From Octopus sinensis (Eukaryota): a stretch of DNA of 64,000 nucleotides. The stretch covers positions 73,966,001-74,030,000 of the forward strand of contig NC_043002.1 of assembly GCF_006345805.1 (NCBI RefSeq), written 5' to 3'. Both the position numbers and the translations under genes were made by a program. Below the pieces are notes generated by a model. The model had not been told where the DNA came from. It was given only the letters and a program-made list of their open reading frames with translations, and ran no database searches. Below are positions 1 through 13,775 of this stretch, piece after piece (the first letter of the stretch is position 1; each line of letters begins with the position of its first letter).

Positions 1-1718
1 AAAAACATCCAAGGACAATCACAAGTAATGAGTTCCTACAACAATCTGAGAAGTTGTCTGTCTACCAAAACTTCAAACATTTCTCTTTCAAAGGGAAAAA
101 AAAAAAAACTCATATATTTGACAACTCCAAGATCTTTAGCCTTGTTAGCACGTGACTCTTCAGGCAAAATTATCTATGAATAAGTTCACCTGATCAGTTG
201 AGTCTTTGGGTAAGTAATTTTGCCAGTAACATCCTGAATTGAAAGCTTTCTCTCAGGTTGCTTCAATGTAGCTTGTGCTGACATCATTAGCAACAATTTT
301 TCCATACCCTTCTACAACAATGCACACTTAAACTTCAGAGTCACTTCTCTATAGTCCTTGTGAGATTTCTCCATAAAACCTTAAAATTTTTCTAGAATGT
401 CTTCTCTTCTGTTTTTCTCATTTCTGCTACAAACAGCTCGAACTAAATATTAATCATGAACAATTACTGCTAATTCTCAAGCAAACATAACTTGATAAGT
501 TAGGCAACTGGTACTCATCTAATTACTCATGCAACAAAAATTTGACAAATAGCTTTCAAATCAACAGCATCAAAATGCAGAGTAGATACTACACTGCTTT
601 CAAACCATTTCAGGATGATATTTGAAACACCATTGAATCTGTTCTACCCAACTTGGAAGTTATGCAAACACAATAATAAGTGGACTAGAAATGAAATTGC
701 ATAAGTGTATTTGCTTTATTAATCCACATTAAAATTACATCAAATGTAATGTTTAGCAAGAATAGTGCTGATAGAGCCATATGAGTGAAGGTGTAGAGGT
801 TAAGAGGATTCAGTAAATTTGTCATCATTCAGACACAAAGCTACAATATACAACTGCATATAAAAGGGCAATCAACCAGTGGGCTGTACAGTATACAAAA
901 CCATCCTTTGTTCACTTAATAAAATTCCTTTATCAGTTTTTAATAGAGGAAATTTCCACTTAGGCATCATTGATAGTAAATTTTGCAAGAACTACTTAAA
1001 TATGGCTTTCTACAGATCATTGAAGGTGTGCTAGATTATAAGCTGTACTTATGGACAAATCTAAAGTGTCATACTTTGAAAGTAGTTCTATTTTACTCAT
1101 TTAGCTATATCAAAGAGGTCAAGGGTAAAATACATTTATTGCAATGGAAAGTCAGCTTATGACTTAAAAGTTCAAAAGGTACATTGACAGTGGTTGTTGG
1201 ATATTTTAATGTAAAGTAAATAAAATGATGAGGCAATAATCAGATGATGCAATGAATTTGGAGAAATAAGATCTTTGAAAAATAGAAAGCTCAGACAGAA
1301 GTGTGAGTGAGTGAAACTGATGTATGTTGGTCAGAATGGTAAATATGTTGACCCCAACTAAACAGGGGAACATTTAAAGACAAAACTCTTTATATGAAAG
1401 AAGGACAGGACAGCCAGCTTATGTGGATAAATGCAGAAGAAAATGGATGTCAAAAAATGTTTTTTAAATTCCCAACTGGTATCTCTATACAATGCCTTGC
1501 ATTCCAGTATTGTTGGAATTAACCACTTGCAAAATTCGATATTTTGCAGCCAAGCCTCCTTTTTATCTAGGTCATTGAGTGGAATTGTTATTAACTGATG
1601 ACATCACTACCATATCATACAGTATTTATCCAAGTAAAGCATAGTGATACACTATTCTTTACATTCAGAAACTTTGCTCAAGTGACTTATCAAACACCAC
1701 ATCAAACTGGTAGTCATA

Positions 1719-1939
1719 GTAACCCTTTTGATCCCATCCTGCCCAAGACTACTGTTGGTTCTATTGTACAAACTTCCTGTTTTAAAGTCACATAAATTGA
1801 AATCTTCCATTAAAATTTCATGTAATTTATGTTCCATAATAATGACAACATAATTTTACTCTATCTTCATTATTTTTGAAATTAATTGAAAAAAAACCAA
1901 GGGTGTATTTCAACAGAAATATGGTAACAAAAGAATTAA
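1719..1939. mobile_element. TTAA-flanked piggyBac-like MITE, family A
   Basis: taacccttttg...caaaagaattaa termini; colinear with the copy at 54759-54988. Confidence 0.65.
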
Positions 1940-2779
1940 CTAATCTTAATTAGCATGTAATTCCTACAACTATATTAACATGACAGTGACATCACATATA
2001 CAGTTGTAACCTCACCACGGAAAGTAAACAATGTCTTTACAACACAGGTTTTATCTTTCTATCAGCAGAAAAAGCAGAATTTGACAAGATTCTAATTTTC
2101 TTAGACTGTCAGAGAAAGAATACTCATCTACCATCCTCAAAATTAGGAGCTTATAGCTGTTAAGAATCACTCTCTTATAAACTTACCTATACACCTACTC
2201 TTTCCAATCTTCTGTCAGTGTTCTCTCTTATACTCGCATCACAACCATCTCTTTTTTATCTATCCAACTGGGGTAGCCACATATCCTCTCAACAGCAAAA
2301 CACCTGTTCCTGTCCTTTCATACCTGAACATCTCAACACAAGGTATAAAGCTCTCAATACAACACCCCTACTCAATTGGGTCTGAGGGAAAGTCTTGTTT
2401 TGCAAGATACTTGGTGACTTCATAAATGCCAGTACAATGAAAAAAAAACACCTAGCACACTTTGTAAAGAGGCTGATGTTAAGAAGGGTATCCAACTATA
2501 GAAACCATGCCAAAGCAGACACTGGAGCTCAATTCAGTCCTCTGGCTTGTCAGATCCTGTCAAATTGAACAAACCAATACTAGCATGAAAGGCAGATATT
2601 AAATGATGATGATGATGATGATGGTAAACTATAACTGAGTTAAACTAGTCAGTCTAATTTGCATAACTGTGCAAGTGCAAGCAATCTAGATTAATTCACA
2701 AGTTTTACTTCTCAGTGAGCAAATTCAACAGGGCCAAGGCCTGTGATCTTGGCTGTTTAATTATCCTTGATAATCTTAA

Positions 2780-3420
2780 ATCTAAATTTTGCACATTGGA
2801 CATAGGATTGAAGAGAGATGACAGTCTAGTTATTTCTAACAATATAAAAGGACAATATAATTAGTTCTTTTACAAAATTTGGACTTATCTACTGTGATAT
2901 TAGTAATTACAGTGATACCAACTTTCTAGATGTCACCTTGGATCTTAATACAGATAAATACAATCCATATGAAAACAAAATAAAAAAAACTAATGTAAAT
3001 CAACTGACCATTTCCTAACCATTTTCTAAAGTTTTTCCAACAATACTGAATGAAAATTTTCCAGCAACTCCTCAAAAACAAAACAAAAAAAAGCTACAAT
3101 AACAAAGTACTGAAAAACAGTGGACTTAGTAAACAGATAAAGTTAAAATAATCGCAGTTAATGTAACCAAAAAGCATTAAGACAATGGTTAATGCTTCAT
3201 TCAATATCCAAAATAGCCAAAAGCACCTCAAATCTGATTTGAATGCATTTCCCCCTACAAGACCCAATTATCCCAAACTATTCATACCAGTAAAAACTTC
3301 AAAGTTAGCTATAGCTGCATGACTACTATAATATGGAGAACAACCTTGCAAGCAGTAAGCACTCCAGATAATCTAACAAATCACTCTACAACTCTGTAAA
3401 CTGTCATCAAACTGGCCATG
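2780..3420 (+). mobile_element. Degraded Penelope-like retroelement fragment
   Basis: RDD-like motif (about 2814), NFLDVTLDLNTDKYNPY (2920-2970) and KVSYSCM (3301-3321) are typical of Penelope RT and linker regions; ends approximate. Confidence 0.65.
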
Positions 3421-3965
3421 TAGTTTACTGTAACTGTCAGAATAAAGAGCTATGCCTCTCATACAATTTATGCACAGCTGAATCAATAATTTACCAGTCA
3501 GTATCAGACTTAACACAAAATCCCCCTCAACCAGTGTGTGTGTGTGTGTTTATAGGCAGCTTCAAAAGTTAATGCTTAAATCAGGTCTACTTTTCAATAT
3601 ATAGACAAAAAAACAGCATGGCATTTTCCAGTCATAAAGATTAATAATTTTAATATCACATAATACTGTAATTCAGCACTAAATATAGCCCCTGCTCAAA
3701 AGGTTGCTCAAATAATGAAAAATATTTCAGTTTCCATAAAATAGCTTAAATACAAGATCAGAATTAATTTCTAAATGCAACCATTAAAATCAAGGTTTTT
3801 CCCTCAAATTTCAACAGAACCAGCGAACCAGATTGAAAAAAAAATGCTTTGTATGATGGCATAGGCTCACCACAATTCAAGTCAGTTCTTATTCAGAGTT
3901 ATTAGATTGGTCGAGGGGAAACATATCACATGAAAGTTCTATTTTGACATGATTTCTAAGATTCA

Positions 3966-4137
<172 letters not shown>

Positions 4138-4627
4138 TTAGTTATATGCCCACATGCATCTATATAGCCCAACACACATACAGTGGATTGCTAATGTTCA
4201 ACAATGAGGATTCAGGTATTCGATCAACTAAATTTCTTGTGTACATGACTGAGAATATCATAGATACATGTATCCTTAACATAGTTTATAGGCAGAATCA
4301 GTGTGTCTGTGTGTGATGAGACCACACCACTTTAACCAAATACAATCCACCCAACATGCTTCTATGCAGGTTTTGTCCACCCAATTTCAGCCAAAGTTAT
4401 GGATTATTCCAAGGCTATATAATGACATTTGCTTAAAATGGCATACAATGGAGTCAAACTTGCAACTTAGTTGTTGCAAAAGGAACTTCTTAGCTATTCA
4501 GCCATACTAGGCCTAAACACACACATACACATCTAAATATATACCTATACATCTATATAAAAACAAGTCAAAATATTTCTACATTTGCACACAATCTACA
4601 TACATACATACAGTTTATCTCTCTTTC

Positions 4628-4628
4628 A

Positions 4629-4724
<96 letters not shown>

Positions 4725-4733
4725 ATATATATA
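4628..4733. repeat. (CT)n-(TA)n microsatellite
   Basis: Direct reading. Confidence 0.95.
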
Positions 4734-4838
4734 ATTAATCAATATAGGGTGGCAAGGAAAATTTTGTAGAATTTTATTGCCACCAGCGGCCCAGTGGGAA
4801 AAAATTAAATAGTCATAGACCATTTTTAAGTTCAACAT

Positions 4839-5386
4839 TAACAATTAAGGAACGGCCATAATAGGCCATTCACCCACTAGAAATAACAGCCAAAGCTTCT
4901 ACCGCAAATAAAGATTAATTCCGTAAACAGGAGAAAATTAAAAAAACATTTACCCTGTAATTTCTTGTACGGTATACCGTTTCATCCGCTGTTTAATGGT
5001 AAACTAACCTGATTAAATTAAATCAAGCCAATCGGCGGCTGATATTTATTTGCTGCCGATAAATTTGGCGCGAGTGCGACGATTTGAAAATTTTAGGTCA
5101 GATATTGACTTGGCAAGATTGGGTATGCCTCGTGTAAATATCTGTTCCGACTTGAGCTATTTCTTGCTGAAGAATCCGAGGGCTTATGGAAGATTGGCTT
5201 GATTTAATTTAATCAGGTTAGTTTACCATTAAACAGCGGATGAAATGGTATACCGTACAAGAAATTACAGGGTAAATGTTTTTTTAATTTTCTCCTGTTT
5301 ACGGAATTAATCTTTATTTGCGGTAGAAGCTTTGGCTGTTATTTCTAGTGGGTGAATGGCCTATTATGGCCGTTCCTTAATTGTTA
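4839..5386. mobile_element. Young fold-back MITE with 195-bp terminal inverted repeats next to (TA)n
   Basis: 4839-5033 is the reverse complement of 5192-5386 with one mismatch seen; 158-bp spacer; CpGs intact; TA at both ends. Confidence 0.85.
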
Positions 5387-5392
5387 TATATA

Positions 5393-5461
<69 letters not shown>

Positions 5462-5794
5462 TTTAAAGATAGCTATAAATATGTACAAACATACAGTCAC
5501 ACATATACATATCTACATTTATAGGCATCTACCACCCCCAATACACACCTCCGGTTTTTCCATGCTAGCATGGATTAAATGAGACTTCCTGATAAAGTAC
5601 TCTACAGTTAGATAACTTTCTTGATACCAACCCTTGATGTCAAATAAAGCACTAAATTCCACTAGTGCTCACATTCAAATCACCCATCATCCCTGCTGCC
5701 CAATCAATGCCAATGAGAAGACATTAAAAAAACCTAATAAGTGTATTAAGTGATTTGACATGAAGTCTTAAGTCCTTAAATTACTGATGTAATT

Positions 5795-6980
5795 TCATTG
5801 TCATTTAGCATCCGTTGTCTATGCTGATATGGGTTGGACAGTTTGACTAGGGCTGGCAAGCTGGAAGGCTGCACCAGATTCCCGTCTGATTTGGCATGGT
5901 TTCTATGGTTGGATGCCCTTCCAAATGCCAACAACTCTGAGAGTATAATGGATGCTTTTATGTGCCACTGGTACAACTGCAATTTTACTTGGCTTGATGG
6001 GTCTTCTCAAGTACGACATAATGCCAAAGGTCTTGGTCATTACCTCCGTGAGGCCCAACACTTGAAAGGAGCTTTTCATATGCCACCAGCATCAGCCACT
6101 TTGCCTCTGTGAGGCCCAATGCTTGAAAGGTGCTTTTTACATGCCACTGGCATGGATGCCAGTTATGTGACACCAGCATCAGCCACAACAACAATTTCAC
6201 TAGGCTTGACAGGTCTTCTTGAGTATATTGCCAAAGTTCAAAGATCATGCTTCACCACCTCATCCCATGTCTTCTTGAGTCTACCTCTATCTACCACAGT
6301 TTCCCTCCACAGTCAGAGATCGGCACAACTTTACATAGCTGTCCTCGTCCATACGCATCACATGACTATACCAGCACCATCATCTCTCTTGCACACCACA
6401 TCTGATGCCTCTTATGCCAACTTTTCTCTCAAGATGCTTACACTCTGCTGAACATGCATACTGACATTGCACATCCAGTGAAGAATACTGGCTTAATTTC
6501 TTTCAAGCCTACGCATGTCCTCAGCTGTCACAGCCCATGTTTCACTGCCATGTAACATAGCTGTTCACACGCAAGCATCATACAATCTGCCTTTAACTCT
6601 GAGGGAGAGGCCCTTTGATGCCAGTAGAGATAGGAGCTCTTTGAACTTTGCCCAGCCTAATCCTATTCTCACAGCTACGCTCTCGGAGCATCCACCTCCG
6701 CTACTAACTTGGTCACCTAGATTACGGGAGCTATCACTATCTCTAGGTGGTTGATGGAGTTTATTTTCTGTACATTTTTTTGTGTTTATTGTACCTGTGC
6801 ATCTTTCACACACAAAAGCTATTTTCCCTGTTAACCTCACTCTGATATTGCTTCGCCTCTTATGTGTCCATAGCTTACACTGGGTACATCTAATGGAGTT
6901 TCTATCTACACCTTTCCTACAGATCAAGTAGGGCCAGCTACCTGGAGGGATTTATGGTTCGTCTGCCTTCCTACTTACAG
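5795..6980 (-). mobile_element. 5'-truncated RTE-type LINE fragment with 3' UTR
   Basis: Cys-rich CRKGVDRNSIRCTQCKLWTHKRRS..FVCERC insert followed by LGDQVSSGGGCSESVAVRI..WAKFKELL..LSLRVKGRLYDACV (RT thumb and post-RT region); 3' UTR with an internal tandem duplication of about 60 bp (6047-6150) and a decayed (GAT)n-type tail. Confidence 0.8.
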
Positions 6981-7773
6981 ATCTATATATTGTAATGAGT
7001 CTTCTTTGAAACTTGAAATTTTACAGTTATATTTTGTCCCCTGCAGAATAAAATGGTTGGGAACAAGACTTTTTGATTTTTGCTTGGAAAGCATAAATGA
7101 AAATGACAGCTAATCTCAGGCCTCTTCTCATCTTAATGTGTTTTTTTTTTTATCTTGAATACCAGAATGACCATATAACAATATGCTATATATGTGACAG
7201 AGCTAATCAATTATTGAAATGAATTTTTGTTTTTTCTTCATTTGAGTATTGAATCGAGCATGGCCAAAGACACTAATTTTGACAGAATTATTAGTTTTCT
7301 AGTATTGTTAAATCAGCAAGTCATGTTTGAATATAATAGACCTTAAAAAGTTTTTGATAGGTTTGAATTTGCTGAAAGATTTTTCTGCTGGTGCTACTTG
7401 CAGCTGTAATTGCCAACAATAATCTCAAATTAACACAAACATTTGGAAATAGCTCAAAATTTTGTAATCAGTTAATAAATTTAACAATTCTAAAAGTTTT
7501 CCAAAATTTGTTTTATGCTCTGACAGTAAATGTTGCATTTCTGTCTCAAAATCATCATTATAATCAGTAGGATATTGGTGAGCTAATTCTTTTGCTTTTT
7601 GCTAAATTACTTTCAGATATTGTGGGGTATTTTCTCAACAAGTCAAACTTTTTAACCAACCACTTAACATTAAACTGTACAGTTTATTTTGCTACAGCAT
7701 TTTCTGAAGTAAACCTGTTCAAAGCTTTCAAAACATTTGGTAAGCTAGAAAAACTGCAATTATTTATGTAAAT

Positions 7774-8254
7774 CAGTGGTTCTCAAATTGGGCAGTATGA
7801 CTCACAGGGAAGTAGTTGAAAATTTTACATGGTACTGGTGATAAAGGGAGCAAAGGTGGGAGCAATAGATGCATTTGTAGTTTTTCTAATCATTGACTCC
7901 TATTTAAATATTAGCTGTAAAATTTTTTTAAATGTAATATGGATAAACTGTTTGTTAACCACAATCATGACAACAATGACAACATCAACAATAATAATAG
8001 ACTTCTGAAGGTGAATAAGTAAATAAACAAACCAAATGTATACTATGCAGATTTATAGTATTTGCTTTTGGTATGGTAGTGCTATGGTAAGTAGTCAACT
8101 GTGTCAAACTAGTACCCAGAGCTGAATTACTCTTTCTTTATATTATGTTAATGTGCATTAAAATGAGGAAAATAGCATTGAATCATAGTAAGGAGGCATT
8201 AAAAGTCCGAGTAAAAGAAAAGAGACAATAGGTAAAGAAGTTTGAGAAGCACTG
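7774..8254. mobile_element. hAT (Charlie-like) non-autonomous element
   Basis: TIRs cagtggttctcaaa / tttgagaagcactg; 8-bp target duplication atgtaaat / atataaat (one mismatch). Confidence 0.8.
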
Positions 8255-9999
8255 ATATAAATGTTCATTATTACAAAAATTTCAGTTGCATTATAAATAA
8301 TTTTACTAGTTGCTAATACAAAAGGAACTATCTCTAAAAAGAATGTTTACACTATAATTCTTATAGGAAAATTGCCTTGCAAGCAAACAAATTAGTTTTG
8401 TGATGCTTATATCAAGTTGATTTGTCAATAAATATTTTGACATTTTAAAGCTGTCAGCTAAACTCATCATGCAAAACCTGAGGAATAACATTCTTCATGT
8501 TGTAATTCAGGCATTTAGTTTGATCTAAGAACTTTTTTGTCTCTACTATCTTCTCTGTAACTTAGTTCAATCTGATAATCTACTAACTGAATTCTGCAGT
8601 AATATGTTGTTTATACATTAAATTTAACACTTTTGTATTTTGGTACTATTTCTATATTTTACAGATTTCTTATGATTAGAGTGGCATAGGCATAGCTGTG
8701 TGGATATTTAGTTTACTTCAAAAACACATAGTCTCAGGTTCAATCCCTTGGTATGGCACCTTGGGCACTGGACTGATCAATGCATTATGGGTGGAATTGG
8801 AAGAGTGGAAACTGTATTGAAGCCACTATATGTATGTGCCTGAATGTTGACATTGTTCATCTCTGTGTGACACCACCTAAGGGATATGTTTATATTCCCT
8901 ACTAATAACATAGCATGTAGTTCTGCACTTTCAAAGACCAGTAAAAAAAAACCCTAATTTGAAAAATGCATATGGTTTGACAACAGGAAGTCTAACTGGT
9001 TGAAAATACCATCTCAAATAAATCTCTCTCCAACCCATGCCAGCAATGAAAAACAAAGGAATAGCCACTTGAACTAACTTTCCCAATTTTGTTATATTGC
9101 TTGCCATAATTAGCATTCCACTTAGCTGTTAACAATATTAATAAAAAGTTTACAATAGGACGATGATGCTGGTATTACTATAACCAGAAACTTCAACTCA
9201 ACTAGCCCACATATCAAAGATGGGGTATCAATTCCACATCAAAGTATATAAAAGAAAGAAATATTTGGTTTTAATAAAATGTTCATATCCACATGAAACA
9301 GCTGTTTCATTTTAATTTATTGAAGTAAAACAAAGATTCCTCTACCTATATAAATTGCAAGAAAAAAATTATATTTTGGCTGATTAAAGCCTACCAAAAA
9401 TATCAACTAAGACTTCATAATCAAGAATACATATTTTTAATATTTTCATACAGGAACTAACCTTGTCTTACCTAACCTACCATAATGATAGGCATGTTAA
9501 GTTAGGTAAGCTTTGATTATTTTATTTATCAAAATAGACAAAATATTTACATTACAAACACATATCTCAATTGAAAGAGAAACAGCAATAAGAGCCTACT
9601 TCTGAATATACCATATACCAAATACTGTGCAATATAAAAATATATAAAGACTGATAAAAAGTTTGTTTGATAAAAGGTCATCAGTGAATTCTGCACTTTA
9701 ATTAGGTAAAAAAAATGTTTCTCTAGCTCTCATAATAAAACCAATAGATTTAAATGCAAATGGTAACTGTTGAATATTAATACTGATATTAATAATGTTT
9801 ATTATAGAACTTACGGCTTTAACAGAGAAGTCTAAAACCAACTACCCATAGGAACTCATATATGCTGAAACCTAGTTCCCATAATTATAGAAGATTTAAA
9901 GAAATTCCAGATATAGAAACAAATAGAATCAAAAGATCTTAAAGTAAACATAGTAAGGACTAAAATTTTAGTGAAAAACACAAGATCCTGCTGCCAGCA

Positions 10000-10775
10000 A
10001 GAAAATTGTCATGTCTGATATGCAGAAAAGAAGCAAGCTGAAATTTCCTACATTACACTCAGTATAAACTATGAATACACTAGCAGCGTAGTGTAATTAC
10101 AGGTAGGCTGACAGAGAAAATAGACTTAGTATGCAGCATATGCACAGGTACTGTCAGTGGTAACAGTACATGTGAAGTAGATTCTTTCAAATGCTGAAGG
10201 TATCCCAGATTTAGCTGTTAGCTTTTGTTACCTAGATAACCTAATTAAAAGTGAAGATGAGTGTTCAGAAACAGTAGCAAAGGTGAAAACAGTGAAAAAA
10301 GGTCAGGGAACTATTAACTTGGCTAGCAACAAAGAATTTCTCTCCCAGAGACTATATGATGCTTGTATGTGAAGTGCAATGTTGTATAGTGACAAGACAT
10401 AGGCCCTGAATGCAAAGAATTTACAAAGACTGGAAGAAAATGAAGCAAACTTATTCTGCGAAATGTAAAATGCTTGTGTCTATGAATGACAATACAATCA
10501 GCTGAGAGAAAAGCTGGAAATAAAAGTAAGATTTAGTGCAAGACAGAAGACTACACTGGTAAGATCATGTGATGTGTATAAGGAAGCATGCAAATGGACA
10601 GAACCTGTGAAATAAGGAGACTGAAGTAGAACTGGAATAAAGTGGTAAAAACTGATCTCATGAGGCTGAACTTCATGAAGATGACAAAGGATCCTGACAA
10701 ATGACAATTTGCAGTGCAGAAGACCTGCCCACCCAGGTAAGCACCACTAAACAAGATACGAAAATGTTGATGGAT
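10000..10775 (+). mobile_element. Degraded RTE-type LINE 3' fragment
   Basis: Homologous by eye to 6250-6950 (agcttttgttacctagataacctaatt, agactatatgatgcttgt, gcccacccag tail); multiple stops. Confidence 0.65.
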
Positions 10776-10795
10776 ATCAAACTGTATAATATATG

Positions 10796-12002
10796 CAGGG
10801 TACGTTAGCTTTTTGAGAACACTTCTTTCAAGAGCTCTAACTTTCTTCTAACTTATATATTTTACCTTACTTTTTAGATAAATAATGTCAGACTTCAGGT
10901 TCATTTAGCACATGAAAAGATGCATTGTAATTGTTGCCTTAAAAGCACAGCATAATGATACAGAGATAACTTGCTTCCTGAAAATTGCCTAATCCTTTAT
11001 TGTCAAAGTTGGAATGGAGCTAGAGTCTGCTGACAGAAATCCAACATTAGCAGCTAAATGCAAAACACATGCACAATGTCCTAATATCATCAGAATACAT
11101 AACTTTACACAAAAAGTCCAAGAAATAATCAATAAAGATCTTCTAAAGTCAACCAGAGATATTGCAAAGGACCTCAAGGTTTCAGCATGCACCATCAGAA
11201 GAGTTGTGCATGAGGACATCAAGTACAAGTTGTGATGTGGAGGGGTTAGCTTATGTCAGATATGATAAGAGAATCATTTGATCTGTGCAAAGCACATGCT
11301 AAACAAGTTAAAACTCTAAGAGGCTGGAATGTTTTGGTTTTCTCTAATGAGAATAACTTCAATTAGGGCCAAAAGGTAGACCAAAGGAATAACAAATGGT
11401 TATGCAGAGATCTGAATGAAGTTCCAATGGCCATGCATACTAAGTTTCCAGCAACTGTGATGGTTCTGGGAGACATCAATAACAAGAAAGATGGCGTGCC
11501 CCCTCACATGTTTTTACAGGGTTTAAGAATCAGTGCCACTGTATACACAGTGGTGTTGGAGAGAGTACGCAACATAAGATGTTATACTTCCCAACAAGAC
11601 TGCGCCATCTCATTAAGCTAAGACAGCCCAAGCATGGATGTGTGTCTATCTCCATCATGTTCTCCTAGAGACATGGCCTCCTAGCTTACCAGACCACAAT
11701 CTACTGAACTATGGGTCATAGATGAGAGAGGTCAATCAACACCCCCGTAACACCATATGATCTCTCAAGTCTTCCATAACCAGCACTATGTCCAAAATTA
11801 TCATTTGATCCAGGTATATTAATGCTTCATACCCTGTAATGAAGCAGCCATTGATGCTAGTGGTAGATTCATTGAATAAATATGATAAAAGGATTCTCAA
11901 GATTATTTGTACCAATTTGTTTTCAAATACAGCTTTTCTTTGATGAGCAATACATCTTTTTTTAAATTCATACAAACAACCTCAAAAAACTGATGCACCC
12001 AG
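10796..12002 (+). mobile_element. Degraded Tc1/mariner-superfamily DNA transposon (maT/DD37D-like), near full length
   Basis: Imperfect TIRs (cagggtacgttagctttttgag ... ctcaaaaaactgatgcacccag|ta). Broken transposase: HTH-like STRDIAKDLKVSACTIRRVV, decayed WFFSDEKNF-like segment, MHTKFPATVMVLG, QQDCA (QQDSAP-like), WPPSLPDHNLLNY (WPPSSPDLNPLDY-like). Confidence 0.85.
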
Positions 12003-13775
12003 TATATTTGGGTCTCTCTGGACCATTCTGATCATATTAAGTCTCCACTTCTCATGTCAATGTGCCACCCCCTATTACTTTCTCTCATCACACCACCTGA
12101 GTAACGATGGATGACACTGCACTGAATCTGTCTGTCATCAATCTTCCTTACATTATTGCTATCAGTCTCTTATGATCACCACCTTCACTGCTATAGGTCA
12201 TTCTTGCTCACATTATTTACTTCACTACCATTCACTGCTGACACCCATTACCTTCTCAATATTCCTTCCTGTATTAGTCTATCATCTTCCTATCACTCAC
12301 TCTTTTCCCATTGCTAATGCTGTTTCTATTCAAATTTCATTTCAACAATTATCATGTAGCTGTTAATCACTCTCTTTACCATTTTCTTCAGCATCCTCTT
12401 GCTCCTATCACTGTTTCTCTTCCATCACCCTCTCCTCTATTACCTTCTCACATTGGTCCTCTTCCATTGCTCTCTTTAACCTGCCCTCAGTAAGGACAAG
12501 ACAACTCCAGTGTACAATAGAGAGGGTTCTTTAATTTTGCTATGGACAAAATAATCCTTCTAGTGCTGATGCCACAATTAAATACAGCCAGTACACTCTG
12601 TAAGGTAGTTAGAAGGGAGGAAAGCATACAAGTGTAGAAAACGCATAAAAAAATTGGGAAATGGAACACACAGGGAGACATACCCACAACCTGTCAAGAG
12701 GATAATAACTCTAAATAAGAACCAAATCAGTCCCTGGCAATGCATCCAAATCATTCCAGTATGCAAATACAAATGTAAAATGATGATGATGATATGCATA
12801 TATATATATATATATATACATACATACACACAGAATTAGTGAAAGTACAAAAGCCTGCCAAATTAATATTTCACTGTAATGCTCTCTTCCGTATTTAACT
12901 TGACTGGTGTGTCTGTGTGTGTGTGTATGGATCATAAACTCATGGTAGAATATATTTTTTATGATATTCAGCAATGATATTACAAATGATACAGAATAAG
13001 ATGTGGATGCTAATTTCAGAATTCCTTCCTCTTGATCAGAGTTTGATAACATTGCCATTGCAAAAGATATGCCCTCATTCTCAATCTAATTGATTAGGTG
13101 TTAATAACTCCTTTTTACAAAGAAATTTTTTTTTAAACCTGTGATAATCCAAAACCATTACAACTATTTGATTAGAATTTTTCCACAACTATATGGTCTG
13201 ATATAATACGCTTTCCACAGAATAAAACTCAATTTGGATATGAAAGCATTTTAAGTGCAGGAGAGTTGTTCTCATGCCATTATGACACAATAGAGAAGAA
13301 GCAAAATATCCAAATGTAAAACTAAATACGCAACATGCAATAAAAAGCTAAATCCATCACAACAAGTGTCTTCATTACTTTTTGACAATATTATTTCACA
13401 TAAATTGCAAATATTTCCAAGAAAAGTATAAATTTTGGTATCATTAATTTTCGAATAATAGAAACAAGGCAACCTTTATTTTATTTCATTTTATTTATTT
13501 ATTTTTTTTTTCATATTTTGATTACTATGAATAAATCAGCAAAAGTCGATGTAAAACACCTTTTGAAAGCAATCAATCTTCTATACAATGGCCTTTAAAA
13601 ATATTTCATCTATCATACTTGAAAATACAGTGCAAGAATGTCTTCATTTGAGCAAAGATTTCAACTCATGCACGCATTAATATATGCGTCACATTCTAAC
13701 TATTAAAATAAGTGAAAACTAGAAACATTTAAGTCATGCTGAAAAGAACAGGAAAAGTAAAAGAAAATCACTGAC

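Noticed and set aside
12711-13090. 115-aa minus-strand ORF as the next APBA-like exon
   Set aside because: The nearby acceptor is out of phase with the upstream exon and leads to an early stop; the ORF runs into microsatellite and shows no PTB/PDZ similarity.
13703-13775. Hydrophobic C-terminal tail SVIFFYFSCSF... of the 608-aa ORF (possible membrane anchor)
   Set aside because: Lies past a good donor (AG|gtcagt) and is T-rich intron read-through; a retained-intron isoform cannot be shown from sequence.
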